A DNA stretch of 64,000 nucleotides from Histomonas meleagridis 2922-C6/04-290x (lineage: Eukaryota; Protista; Parabasalia). This document shows, in pieces, positions 36,184 to 49,241 of this stretch (position 1 is the first letter of the stretch; every line of letters starts with the position of its first letter). Below the pieces are notes generated by a model that had not been told where the DNA came from, did not search any database, and was given only the letters and a program-made list of their open reading frames with translations. The stretch spans positions 90,815 through 154,814 of the forward strand of contig JAANOX010000198.1 in the NCBI GenBank assembly GCA_020184695.1. Reading direction: 5' to 3'. Made by a program: the position numbers and the translations under genes.

Positions 36184-36594
36184 TTATTGAAAACGTTTAT
36201 TCTGTCTCTCTGTGACGATCAAAACCACTGAATTTGTACTTTTCAAATTTAAATGGTTTACTCAAACATATGCATGGTGAAGTGATGCTTAACGTACGGT
36301 AAGAACGTCATAAATTTATTGCACAAAGAAGCTCCAAAGATTGGACAACAAAGTTTTTCCAAACACAAATTTATAAGATTTATTTTGTTAGATTTCTATT
36401 ATGCAATTGTGCCTTCCTTATTTTTCAAAAAATTTACTGTTCGTTATAGTGATTTATCTTTATTTTTTTCTTTAAAGTGAAGTGACATTGCTTTTTGTTC
36501 GGCATTTAACGGTCTACATTGTATTTTAGAACGATGCGTTCAAATTGGTAAAATTAAAAAACGATATGACGACTTCACATTTCCGCACACTCAA

Positions 36595-37512
36595 ATGACA
36601 AGCCCGAAAATTCTTGTTCATCTTGGCGCATCGGAAATACCGAAGCAGTTCCAAGAGGAATCCTTAGAATGGGTTAAGAAAGCAGTTGAAAGAGGTTACG
36701 AAGTTGCCAAAACAGGTGCCAAAGCTGTTGATATTGTAGCTGAAACAATATGTGTTTTAGAAGATTGTCCTGTTTCAGATGCTGGTATTGGTGCTGTTTT
36801 CAATGAAGAAGGTAAACACCAAATGGATGCCGGAATTATGACTGGTGATAAGAAATATGGAGCAGTTACTTGTATAACTGGCGTTCGTAATCCCATTAAA
36901 GTAGCTCGCCTCATGGTTGATGATCCCAAGTACTCAATTTTAACAGATGAAGGTGCCATGCAATTTATCAAAAAACACAATATTCCTCTTCTTCCTGATG
37001 AACAGTTCGAAACTCACTACAACAGGTACATTCGTGATTCTTGCCAAGGTCATCATGATCCACTTGATTTATTTGTTATTCCAGAACATGGAACTGTTGG
37101 ATGCGTTGTAATGGATACATATGGTAACATTGCTGCAGGTACTTCGACAGGTGGTACACCATTTTCCCCAAAGGGCCGCGTTGGTGATTCATCTCTTCCA
37201 GGTTGTGGAGTTTGGGCTGACGATGAGGATGCCTGCTGCAGCTGCACTGGCTATGGTGAATCAATTCTTGTCGAACTTCTTGCTGCAAAAACTGCACAAC
37301 GTTCTAATAATATGTCTGCAATGAAAGCAGCTCGTGAATCAATCAAAGCATTTGCAAAGACTCCAAGATCTGTAGGAGGAGTGATTATGATTACTAAGAA
37401 AGGAGAATATGGATTATACCATAATACTGTACATATGCCTTTTGCAATGCTGAAGGAAGACGGCACAATAGTAAGTGGTCTATCTGTCAGCGAACTGGGA
37501 GACTTTGAATGA
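36595..37512 (+). CDS. isoaspartyl peptidase / L-asparaginase type 2 (Ntn hydrolase)
   Basis: LEDCPVSDAGIG, HGTVGCVVMD (nucleophile Thr), AAGTSTGG, GRVGDS and CTGYGE. Confidence 0.92.
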   Translation: MTSPKILVHLGASEIPKQFQEESLEWVKKAVERGYEVAKTGAKAVDIVAETICVLEDCPVSDAGIGAVFNEEGKHQMDAGIMTGDKKYGAVTCITGVRNPIKVARLMVDDPKYSILTDEGAMQFIKKHNIPLLPDEQFETHYNRYIRDSCQGHHDPLDLFVIPEHGTVGCVVMDTYGNIAAGTSTGGTPFSPKGRVGDSSLPGCGVWADDEDACCSCTGYGESILVELLAAKTAQRSNNMSAMKAARESIKAFAKTPRSVGGVIMITKKGEYGLYHNTVHMPFAMLKEDGTIVSGLSVSELGDFE

Positions 37513-38206
37513 GTATCCTAATTAGTTCGCGAATGAATAAAATAATAGTTGAAATGGAGCCATAATTAGTTTTTTGTGTTTGAATTGAAATTGATCGTAT
37601 ACGAAAAACAAAAGCAAATACAGTTACTTCTCTCCATATTGAAGAGAAACATGTAAAGTTTTAAGCCGGCAGCAACGTTAGAAATGAGTCAGATACCCTT
37701 AAAGTGCGCTGAAGAACTGTTTATAAGAATCAGTCAAGTTCAAAATGGCGAAAAACAAGAAGACGAACTTCACAAAAATAAACATAATAAAAAGTATAAA
37801 GCACTCTTTGTTTATTTAAGTTGCATCTATTTCCACATATGATACATGGAAATTGATCGCAACCCTGCATCTCTGGACATTAGGATATGTTTTTTATTTA
37901 TTAAAGTGATGTTCAAAGATCATCTTTTATGGTTTTCTCTAGTTTTTACTTCATCCTATTTCAAAAGAATTAGAAATATATATTGGCATTAAAATCAGAT
38001 AATGCTATTTAATTAATTTAATTTTAATCATATTATTGATATCAATGCACCTAGAAATAAAGCTTTATTTTTGAAAATAAGAAGATAATCAAAAAATGCC
38101 AATTAAGCATTTGGGTAAAAATATTGGAATAAAAGATTATTTGCATAAACACACAAAAAAATTAATAACATTTTATACATAAAACAAAAAAATTTACAAA
38201 TAAAAA

Positions 38207-39304
38207 TTACTTCGCGATATCTTCAGATCCCTTATTCAACATATTTCTTGCTTGATCAATCATTGAATCAATTTTATCTAATTTCTCTTTCAAATCGTCC
38301 ACCAATTCCAACGCCTCATTATTTCTTTCGAATTCTATTTTATTTGCATCTCTCGACTTAACATTATTATTCTCAACGTTTTCGTCGATATTATTTTTTT
38401 GACTTAAATCTATTTCAAGATTTAATTCCTTAAACAAATAATTTAATGAATTATATGTATCATTTATCGCATTTTCGACATCTTTAGACAAATCATCAAA
38501 ATGAAGAATACCATTAAAAATACTTGCGATATCACGACATAGTATTTGCACGTCTTGTTTTATTGATGAAATTACATTAATTCGTTGCGCACTTTGTGGA
38601 ATAACATTAGTAAATAAATATGAAACTGAATAATTGAAGTCACTTAACTTTTGTTGAAATTGAGAAAAGTTAAATTGCGGCGTTTGATCTAATAATGCAT
38701 TCTTTGAGAGTTCTGATGCACTCTTTGATATGCGATAAATGTGTCCTAATGCACCATTAACTGTTTTGATTGGAAATGGTGGAATTGGCTCAGAAAAATA
38801 ATGTGAAAACTCTGCAAAGACTTGTGATATATGTTGCATCTTTTGTGACAATAAATCAAATAGCGGATGTGTTTTTCGAGAGCTTATGTATTGGAATTGT
38901 TCAACAAATATGTCAAATTCTTTTAATAGATTTCTGGCAATTCGATAAAGAGTGGCGGTTGGTCGAACTTTCGTTGGTGATTTTGATGGCATAAGATTAT
39001 TAAACATTAGCCGAGAATATTGAATAAAACTATTAAATACTTTTTGTGTGATTGAAAATTGGATTAAAAAATCATCATCAATTTGATCTAAATAACACGC
39101 CTTTGAAAACCTTATAGAGGCTTCTGATAAATAATCCCAACTATCTTGTGATGGTCGAAGTTTTAATGTTGATGAAAAATAATATGAATTTGAATCATCT
39201 GCTGTTTTAATTCGACGTGGAGTTGGACATGTTTGTGCAAGTTGATTTCTTGGTGATGAAACTGTACTTTTTTGCCGAATATTTAATGTTTTCCCTCCAT
39301 TCAT
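38207..39304 (-). CDS. hypothetical protein (helical/coiled-coil, trichomonad-type)
   Basis: Long ORF of ~365 aa. Start could be ATG 39331 or 39304. Confidence 0.7.
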   Translation of the reverse strand: MNGGKTLNIRQKSTVSSPRNQLAQTCPTPRRIKTADDSNSYYFSSTLKLRPSQDSWDYLSEASIRFSKACYLDQIDDDFLIQFSITQKVFNSFIQYSRLMFNNLMPSKSPTKVRPTATLYRIARNLLKEFDIFVEQFQYISSRKTHPLFDLLSQKMQHISQVFAEFSHYFSEPIPPFPIKTVNGALGHIYRISKSASELSKNALLDQTPQFNFSQFQQKLSDFNYSVSYLFTNVIPQSAQRINVISSIKQDVQILCRDIASIFNGILHFDDLSKDVENAINDTYNSLNYLFKELNLEIDLSQKNNIDENVENNNVKSRDANKIEFERNNEALELVDDLKEKLDKIDSMIDQARNMLNKGSEDIAK

Positions 39305-39348
39305 GTTGGAGTTAACGTAAAGATATGACATGTTACATGAAATTCTTA

Positions 39349-41232
39349 ATGGAGAAAGTAAATTATGTTGTTGAAGATATTTCTCCTGAATGGAGGGCTT
39401 TAGCCGAACAAATAGAAGTACCTAAAAAAGTTACATCAAAAGAGCAAAAAATTATTCCAGAAAATAATTTTTCATTATCACAAATTCTTTGTGAAGATTC
39501 TTCATTAAGAGCTATTCCAATTTCACTTAATAAAACAGAAGAAATGATTCAATTTACATCGTTATTAATTGAAGAAATCAATCGATGTATTACAACATTA
39601 AAAACAGCTGAGCAAAAACGACGTGAAATTGCATCAAATGCTGAACTTATTCATGGTGAATGTGATTCACAAATGGCATCTGAGCAAAGACTTACAATTT
39701 TTGTTAAATCAATAGATTCCATTTTACGTTATTATGATGATTTAGAAAAGATTTCACTTGATTTTAAGTCACCACTTTATACTGTTTTAAGTCCAGACTT
39801 TCCGACAAATTTACAAAAGATTGAGCGCGGCATACAATTTTTTGAAGCAAATCCGAACTATCGTGACTCCAAAATGTTTCTAGTAAAATATCAAATGTTA
39901 CAAACCAAGTCCGTAGAAGTTATTCGTGAACATTTAATACTTACTCTATCACGACTTTCATCACGCATTTCACATCAATCCGACGAAACCGCCATCTATG
40001 TCAAATATATGAGCGTTGCTCCGTTAACAAAGCGATTATTTGAGCTTAGTGAACGCACGCCAGGTTTTAATGATGTGTTATCGATATATCGCGAATCACG
40101 TATTTCATTGCTTAAGCCATTTTTAAGTATTCCCATTACAGATCCGAAAGAAATACGATCACAGGCATCAAAAATCCTAACATATGTACGGAAAGAATAT
40201 GAATTATCACGCGAATTTTTTAATTTTAATGGACATCCATTATATATCCGATGTTTTTGTGATTTAGTGAGTGATATTGGACAACTTTTTAGTGATAATT
40301 GTTGTTCATTAATCTTAAAAATTAATGATGTTCAAACATTATGTGAGATAAGTATAGTCTTAAAAGGAGATGTGTTACAAGAAGAAATCGGAAGAATTCC
40401 TTTAGCTTCCGAAAAGCTTCGTAATCATTTCTTATATATCTTAAGTGTAACACAAGAACGATTAATGTTTCGAATAGAATTAATATCGAATGAAAAGACT
40501 ATTGATGTTGATAAAACTATACAATTACTTTCATTAACTTATTATGCATTACCTCATGAAACATTTAATGAGTGTGCATGTAATTTAATGAAATCTTGTT
40601 TGAACACATTAAATATCGAATCGAAAAGGTTTAAAGAAGATTCGATTGATAAATCGATTTTCCTTTTAAATCATTATTTAATTCTAAGAGATAAATTAAA
40701 AAACTTCGATTGCCAAATAATTGGCACTACACATGAAATAGATTTTGAACCTTTATCTGAGTTTTTATGGAGACTTTTAAAATTCGATCCTTCTGTCTAT
40801 AAATTAAGTGGCGAACGCGGTCTATTTAATAGTTTAAGTGGTTTGTCGAGAATTGTTTCTTCTACTTTTGATGTTAGAAAAGAATTAGAAAGTGCAACTT
40901 CATTATGTTTTAAATCTTTGACTTCTTATTCAACACAACTTTTGTTGCAACCTTTGTTAAACTTAAAATTAAGAAATGGAAAAGAAAAAGAACAAATTTT
41001 AAACGCTTTGGAAGGTGTGAATTTGGCAATTGATGAACACTTTAAGGATTGTATAGGAGATAAATTAGAAAAAGGAATTCCAAATAAGGCTCAAAAAGAT
41101 GCTGTGTATGATGTTCTGCATTCACATTTGAAACAGGTCGTTTTGGATTGCGTAAATTCGTTCGGAAATATTGATGATGACGAATTAAAAGTACAGATTA
41201 AGAAGGTGATAGAGAGAATTAATAAACTTTAA
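39349..41232 (+). CDS. COG3: conserved oligomeric Golgi complex subunit 3 (Sec34)
   Basis: LRYYDDLEKI, FFEANPNYRDSKMFLVKYQMLQTK and VQTLCEI..QERLMFR match Sec34/COG3. Start is ATG 39349, or 39325. Confidence 0.85.
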   Translation: MEKVNYVVEDISPEWRALAEQIEVPKKVTSKEQKIIPENNFSLSQILCEDSSLRAIPISLNKTEEMIQFTSLLIEEINRCITTLKTAEQKRREIASNAELIHGECDSQMASEQRLTIFVKSIDSILRYYDDLEKISLDFKSPLYTVLSPDFPTNLQKIERGIQFFEANPNYRDSKMFLVKYQMLQTKSVEVIREHLILTLSRLSSRISHQSDETAIYVKYMSVAPLTKRLFELSERTPGFNDVLSIYRESRISLLKPFLSIPITDPKEIRSQASKILTYVRKEYELSREFFNFNGHPLYIRCFCDLVSDIGQLFSDNCCSLILKINDVQTLCEISIVLKGDVLQEEIGRIPLASEKLRNHFLYILSVTQERLMFRIELISNEKTIDVDKTIQLLSLTYYALPHETFNECACNLMKSCLNTLNIESKRFKEDSIDKSIFLLNHYLILRDKLKNFDCQIIGTTHEIDFEPLSEFLWRLLKFDPSVYKLSGERGLFNSLSGLSRIVSSTFDVRKELESATSLCFKSLTSYSTQLLLQPLLNLKLRNGKEKEQILNALEGVNLAIDEHFKDCIGDKLEKGIPNKAQKDAVYDVLHSHLKQVVLDCVNSFGNIDDDELKVQIKKVIERINKL

Positions 41233-42786
41233 TTGTTTTTCATAATTAAATTGTTATTTGTTGAAATTTCTTATTATTGGAAATGAATGAACTTGTTTTA
41301 CAACAAAGATATCAGAAAATTATAAACGAAAATAACAAACTTTTTATTTGCAAAAGAAATTGATGTAAGTGCTTTAAATAAATAATTATGCATATATGTA
41401 CTAGCCTACATGTATATTTTCGGGCTTAAGGAAAAGGGAAATTTGGCGTACCCTATAACGATATCATCATGAACCAAATTTGGTGGTGCCTTTGTGCGGT
41501 CAGCTCACTATAAATAAATTCTGTTGGAGCACACACCAAACTTTTTTTATTTTTAACTGTCCACATTCTTGAGGATTTTTTGTGTTAAACTTTTATTATA
41601 CAGTTCCAAACAAGGAAAAAATCCCACTGACCAGAAAACACCCGTCAGAAGCGGTATACCGTTGCGACGTACAAACGTGCACAAGCCAAAAGACACCTAT
41701 TGGCCTAAGAAAATACCGACTTTGATAAAAATTTACTTATAAGTGTTGGCCAACAGAAGAAACCCACGGCACTTTTAAGCTGCTGCGGTTATTTCAATTG
41801 AAATTGCGTTGTAAAATGTATCGTCGCTGGCATAAAAATTTATGTGAGAATAAAATGACACAATCGATTTTGTGAATACAAAATGTTTTAAATCATAACA
41901 TCAAAATATTTCGATATTTAAAATAAGCTATATGAAATTTCATATATATTTTCTAATAATAAAAACAGGATGGAGTCAACTATCGCCAAAAAAAAAGAAA
42001 ATTTATGCTCTTTGAGCGATGTTATTGATATTCATTCAATTTTTTTTGTGAATTAATAATTTGATAAAAAATAGAATTGAACAGGTTGAATTAATTTAAG
42101 AATTAGAATTATGTTTATACAGTTATATTAATTAATGAAATCTCTAATGAGATTTACATTAGAAAACTCTTAAAGCTGTTTACGAAATAAATCATTTCTA
42201 AATAAATATTGAATATTATTTATTAAGTATTGTTTTACAGATATTGCAATCAATATCTCGTATCTTAATAATATAGAAATTACTTCATATAATAGAGTCT
42301 TATATCGTTTGTTTCATTTGTATCAAAAAAAGTCAATCAAAGAACTGGAAATAAAACAGGAGATAATCATTTTTATAGTGTTAAATGCTTTCGTGAGTAT
42401 ATGGTCAGAGAAATTCAATATTTTTAGTTTTCACACAAATTGTTACAACAATTTGTTAATTTAGAAGTCATTTTTAACTTGATCCAATACTTTGAAACAG
42501 AAAAAGGAGAACTCTTTATGATTGAACATTAGCCATAATATATTTTAAAAATTTATTCAAAGAATCGCGAAGTTGTTACTTATTCAAGATAATTATTTTT
42601 CATATGACAATTCCTTAGATGTATTTATTTGTTTTCTATTTCTAAGATCAGACACATTTCAATGGCAAATCATCAAGTGATATCTCTGTTTATAGCTCAG
42701 ATTGCTTCATAAAAATCCAAAATTGTGTTTTTGATAAACATCAGAACGAGTCCATCGGCGAACGATACGAAGGAAATACAGTTTTT

Positions 42787-43640
42787 TGTGTAAAGAATAT
42801 CCAATATCTTATGATATCATTATATTCCGAATGATATATATATATCTTCTGATTGATAGTAATAATTTTGATATATATTTGAGATTATTACAAGAAATTG
42901 AAAAATATGAAGAAAATAATAAAATCAACACAAAAATAATAAATTTATTTTCTCAATTTCTACTTAAAGAAAACACACAAGAATCATTTTATTTACTTAA
43001 TTACATGATTAAGCATAATTTACTTGAATCAAAATTCATCAAAAATACATTTAATCCATTTTTTGTTCATATTAATCAAGATAAATCAAATGAATATAAA
43101 TATTTATTTGATCAAGAAAATATTGCTTATGAAGAACTTTCACAAAATGACTTTGCACTTCATAAGCAATTAATTGAAGAAGGAGTTAATCCAAGAGAAA
43201 TTGCGAAAATAATTCGAAATGATGAAATAGAAAAACTTCAAGATATATCATCACAAACAAATTTTGATTTTGATCAAACAATTGAACCATCACTTTATGA
43301 AAGATGTTCATTTATTAATGAAGATAATGTTACATTAATTGATTATGCAGCATTCTTTGGTTCAGTTAAATGTTTTAAATATTTACTTATGAATGGTGTA
43401 AGTGTAGAAAATACAGGTAAATATGCAGTTGCAGCAAAAATTGGAAATATTTTTCTTGTAAAATATTTCCATAAAAATAATCAACTTCCAGAAAATATTT
43501 TAGTTTTTGCTTCATTTTCAGGAAATGTTGAACTTGTTACCTCCATTTTAAAGCAAAAAGGAATTGATATTAATGCTAAAGATATTTATATGTTTTATTT
43601 AATATTTATTTCAATAATTTTATATTTCAATAAGAGATAT
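42787..43640 (+). pseudogene. 5'-truncated DUF3447-ankyrin gene, near-identical paralog of 22750-23400, ending in a spacer
   Basis: Same sequence from TTTGTAAAGAATATCCAATATC onward. No ATG (track start is TTG). Ends ..GIDINAKDIYMFYL. Confidence 0.75.
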
Positions 43641-44005
43641 TTTTTTAATTAACTTTTATTTACGGAAGTACTCCCATGATTCTTAATAACCCATTCAAGT
43701 CTTTTTATTAATGCTTCAAACATCATTTGAAGAGCTTCAAAAGTGACACCTTCGAATATGCATATAATTACATTTTTTGAATCTTCTTCTGAATTCTTTC
43801 TAAATATTATTCTGAATTTATCCCCACACTCTTTAGGTTTCCCTTTGTCATTCCAAAAATCGCATGGGCTTAGATCTGGTGAATAAGGTGGGTGAGGAAT
43901 TCTATTAAGTTTTTCATCTCTCAATTTTTGAGTAACAATTTGACTCATTATGAATGGGGGAGTTTCCATATGGACACATATCGGCCACATTGAAATAATG
44001 TCCAA
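43630..44005 (-). mobile_element. mariner transposase 3' relic (DD34D-type spacing)
   Basis: VHMETPP...RIPHPPYSPDLSPCDFW...LIKRLEWVIKNHG, with 34 residues between the D2-equivalent and D3. Confidence 0.8.
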
Positions 44006-44700
44006 ATATTATTTTGGAATTTTAAAATATTATAAATAATATTGTAAATAATGGGTAAATTTCTTTAGCATTAATGTTAATTCCTTTTTGTTCAAGAAGT
44101 AACTTAACTATTTCAAGATATCTATTTAAAACTGCAGTATTTCAAATATCACAATTAAATTCTAAATTTCTTTTTTAAACCCAAAAATTATAATATCAAT
44201 TTTGTATAATACATATGAATATCTTTAAGTTTAAAGTTAATTCCTTCTTGTTCTATAAGAAATTGAACAATTCCTATATAACCTTTTATAGATGCTATCA
44301 TTAATGATGTTCTAAATAATTTAACAAAATTCCAAATATTATTTTGAAATATCAAAACATTAAAATATATTTTAATACAAACAAATTAATATCTTTAGCA
44401 TTAATATCAATCCCTTCTTGTTTAATAATATATTGAACAAGTTCAATATTTCCTGATTCTGATGCGAAAACTAAAATGTTTTTCGGAATTTGATTATGTT
44501 CAAGAAAATATTCGACAAGATATAAATTAATAATAAATTACCTGTTTTCGCTGATACATTAATTATATATTCATCGAATTTGATTTCTTCTTCTAAAAAT
44601 GATAGAATTTCATAATTACCAATATTAATACATTGATAAATTTGTTCTTGGAATTTAATATCAGATAATGTTTGAGTGTTACTTATATAATATCCTAAGT
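44000..44700 (-). pseudogene. degraded DUF3447-ankyrin 3' part with spacer-interrupted repeats
   Basis: GNIELVQYIIKQEGIDINAKD, an 80-nt spacer (44311-44390), then TSLMIASIKGYIGIVQFLIEQEG. Further decayed modules follow. Confidence 0.7.
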
Positions 44701-45599
44701 TTTAAATGGAATTTTGTTTTTAATTAAATATGTTAATAAATGTTGTTGATTGTTTTGATCTAGTTTTTCGATTTTGTTTTTATAAATATATTTAAAAATA
44801 TTCATTTTGACTCATCCGGAAAGATATTTTTTGAAAAGGTTTTAACAGTTTACATTTTTCATATTCTGAAACTGATTCAACAATGTGATTTTGCAGACGA
44901 TTTTTGTTGTTAAGCACTGAGAAAAATGATGATATTTTATGTTTTATATATTGAAATAAAAAATAAGTATAGAGCTTTTCATACTACGACACGTTAAAAC
45001 AGAAAGGATTGTCTCAATAAAAAATATTTTTGGATTGAGAATACATTGGTCATTGATTTTTCTATCAACTGCTTCTCTATTTCTAGAAAAAAAATCTCTT
45101 TATAAATATATAAATATCCGAGTAATTAGACAAAATTATTATATTCTAATGGAAAAATTGAAACATATATAAAATCTGATGTCAAATTATTAAAAGATAA
45201 CGAAAATTAAAATACAAGTATAAGTGATTCAATAAGTGTATTTTATAATTTTTAGTAATATATAATTATATCACATAATCAAACAAATCATTATAATATT
45301 TAAAAAAATATACCCAAAGTAATTCACATTTATAATAATATCTGTATTGCGTAAATTATGAAAATTGTTAAATTTTATGAAAATTAATGATAAGATTAGA
45401 TAGTGGAATTTACGCGAATATTTGGAATTTATTACAATAATTTATAACAGAACATATGATAACTTCTTAAATAGGTCAGAAAGTTATACCTAAATTACTT
45501 TTTGCAAAAATCGAATTCAATGCCAAAAGTATTTCATATTACATGTTCAAGGGGTTCGAAGTCAAATTTGAATGAGTGTACGAATAAAAATCACTCAAT

Positions 45600-46330
45600 C
45601 ATCTCATATCGTATCCAAATAACAATATCAGAATAAAGCTTGCTCAAGAAACCGTGGTATTGAATTATATTCGAAAAAAACAGAAAAATCGACATTATCA
45701 CATAGAATGTCAAATAAATTGAAAAATGTGATATATTTGAAATTCGAAAGCACATGAGTAATATGAGATAAAAGGAATCGATAAATGTATCTCGAGTCAG
45801 TATTTTAAAGATAATTTGCAAATTGCATTTGTATCGATATTTATTCAATATAATTGAACATTTTGCTAAAATAGGCAAATAAAAATATATAAAAAAAATC
45901 ATCAAATAAATTCAATGATCAAAAATTATAATGTTCAGAAAAAAATATTTAGTTTGTGCCAAGATATTTCAAGAATGAACTCATACAGAAACTATTTAAT
46001 TGATTATAAATTATTAATCAGGTTAAATAAGTACATCAATTAAAGATTACGAAAATTATCACATCATTCATTTTTTCAATAAATTCATAAATTCAAGAAA
46101 ATCAAGATTTCATATAATTATTTGGAATGAATAACAAATAACGATTTTATGAAAAAAAAATATAAAATTTTTGTTTCTTAACAACTTAAGAATCATTTAA
46201 TTTGGCTGTTGACAAATATATTACAATGATGTAAATAAATAATGTATATATTCTAGAAAATAGTAAAATTTTGATAATATTCACCATCATTCAAATTCGC
46301 TCCCATCGTCACTTATCGTTGTTGCTATCG
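45600..46330 (+). repeat. dispersed non-coding repeat, copy A
   Basis: Colinear blocks shared with 53300-54030, e.g. GAAAC.GTGGTATTGA, ATATTATGAGATAAAAGGAAT.GATAA, AAATTCAATGATCAAAAAT and TTCAAGAAAATCAAGATTT. Confidence 0.7.
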
Positions 46331-47068
46331 TTTGATATAAACCATGCAAAAGTCGATTATTGTCACTTTTTGGAATGAAAGAATAAATTTATCTCGTGCT
46401 AATCATGATATTATTTCTAGATTTATATTAATAATAGATGTAACTATGTATATATATTATATATTCATAATATCAAGATCGTAGGATGATCCCTATATAC
46501 GATGAGTGGAAATTGCAAGTCGAGTTTAATATATTAATACTATAGTATTAATAGTGATGAAATTTCAGCGTTTTTGAAAGAAAAAGAATTAATTAATTAT
46601 TTGATATTCATTTTAACTCTCAATAATATTTTCATCTTTTACAAATTTGTTCATGTACTTATAGAGTGTAAACATAATCATTAAAATTCAACATATATAA
46701 ATTTAATTGGTTGGTTTTAACTTAAAAAATCTTCATTGTAAATTCATTAAAATTTTCATTTTATTGTTAAGGTATAAATCATCTGTTAGCAAATATAAAT
46801 AACATTTACAAATCATTGAATATTTACAACTTAATTAGAATTTTTTTCTTTAGGTTTTTCATCTAAGAAAAAATTAAATTTTGTCATGAAAAAAAATATT
46901 TATTAAAAATTAAAAATTGCATTACCTACAAATGCTAATTCAATAAAAATTATATTTTAACGAATCCTTTATCTAAGAAATCTGTTCCAAACGGATCTTC
47001 TTCGATATGTGAAGTTTGTACACCAGAAAAATCGGTTATTGTTTCCGGCTCTTCATTCGTAGCATTAT

Positions 47069-49241
47069 TCATTTTACTTTTGTCCACTTGAGTTTTTTCA
47101 TATTCATATAAATACATGTCATCGATGACGAACTTTTATCTTTAGCATGTTTAACAACACAACCAAGAGTACCAATAATTATTAAAACTATAAGAATTGG
47201 ACCACAAATGATTCCTATTAATAATTCTAATGAAATTTTATTATTATTTGAATCATAATTATCATTTAAATAAAAAACAGTATAGAAATCTAAATAATAA
47301 CTATAGAATGTGGTGTATGTAATAACTTTATAAACATAAAATACAAATAATGAAACAAAATGTGTGTATGTGGTAACGCTAAAAGAAATTGTATCTGAAT
47401 TAGTTAAATATGAATACGAAATTATTGTTTGTGTGACTGTCATAACATAAATTAATGTTTGGGAATAACTTTGACTTATAGTGACACCATCAGAAATATT
47501 ATGTGATGACATTTGAGCATGAGTAAAAGCATCTGAAGAAGTGAATGTACTTGTCGCAGGAAATGTAAGTGTTGGATCAAATGTCATCGACGGATAAAAC
47601 GTAGATGATGGATCAAATGTAGATGTTGGAGAATATGTATTTGACCCTGTAAATTTTGATGTTGGTGGAGGGGTACATCCTTCTACTGATGAAGTAAAAA
47701 TACCTAACTGACCAAATGTATTATTTTGATATCCGTTTGTCACCAGAACATTTGGTGATCCTGAAAAAACATATTCTCCGCCAAAAGTTGGTGATGTTTC
47801 ACCATAAAAATAAATACAATTAAGGCTATTGCATCGATAAAATGCGTAATCACCAATAAAATTTACATTTTCTCCAATGGAAATTGATTCCAATGCAGAA
47901 CATTCATAAAACGCTTCATCTCCAATTGATTCTACATGGATTGGAATTATTATATATTGTAATTGATCACAGTCATAAAACGCTTCATCTCCAATTGATT
48001 CTACTTTAGCAATATCAACATTTGTTAATTTAGAACTTTCAAATGCTTTTGGACCAATTGATGTAATAAATTCAGGAATGTAATATGTTTTATCTGTTTT
48101 TGCAATTGGATAAGAAATTATGGAATAATTTATGATATCACAAAGAACGCCATCATATGAAAAATATTTATTTTCATTACCTATTATTACATTAATATAT
48201 GAAAGATTATTACAAACAGCAAAAGGATTATCACCAATATATTCTACTGAACTTGGAATTTCTATAGAATTTATACCATGACAATAATAAAATGCTTCTG
48301 TTCCAATTGATTTAAGTGTTGAAGGAAATGTTATTTCAGATATATGATAATTCCCTTGAAATGCTTTATCTTCAATTGATAAAACTGTTTCAGGAAATAC
48401 AAATGATCCATTTTCAATTCCTGCTGGATAACATATAATTTTCGTTATTTCATGATCATAAAGAACCCCATTTAATGTACAAAAATTAGTATTATCTTCA
48501 GAAACATTAATATATTGAAGACCTTTACATGAGCAAAATGGATTAACTCCAATATTAGTTACGTATGATGTAATTGTAACATTATACAATGAATCGCAAT
48601 AATAAAATGCTAAATAATCAATTGTTGTCACACCTTTACCAAATGTTACTGATTCCAATTTTTCACATGAATCAAATGCACATATTCCAATAATTTTAAC
48701 TGAGTCAGGAATCATAATGCTTACAAATGAAGAGCAACGTGCAAATAAATAATTTTCAAGTTTTTCTATTTTATCAAATGGAATTAATGTTAAATTATAG
48801 CAATATGCAAATGCGTATGTTCCAATTGAAGTAACTGAGCTTGAAATAGTGATATTCTTTAATGAAGTACAATATTTAAATGCAGAATTTCCAATGGATG
48901 TTAATGTATCTGGAAATGAAATATTATCTAATTTACTACAATATGAAAATGCATTATTAGAAATTGATCCCAAGCTAGAACCAAATATAACATTAGCTAA
49001 GTTTAAGCAGCTGTCAAAAGCATAAATTCCAATTGAAGTACATGCTTCGATTCCAACAATGCTTAATAAAGGCCATTCATCAAAAGCAAAGCTAGGGATG
49101 CTTGCTATTTGATCTGAAATCACAACATATTGAGTCAGACTCATGTAGTTGTCGCTAAAGTCTACATTTGATTCGATAGTAAGTTTCCCAGATGTTTCAT
49201 CAAAAGATTGAAAAGAATACTCAACAAAAAAAAGAAACATG
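47069..49241 (-). CDS. BspA-like leucine-rich-repeat surface protein (TpLRRs, Ser/Thr/Pro stalk, TM)
   Basis: Many FPDTLTSIGNSAFKYCTSL-type repeats, PTSTFDPS repeats and TM LLIGIICGPILIVLIIIG. ATG at 49241 is preceded by the Inr TCATTT; the upstream in-frame extension is probably not translated. Confidence 0.9.
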
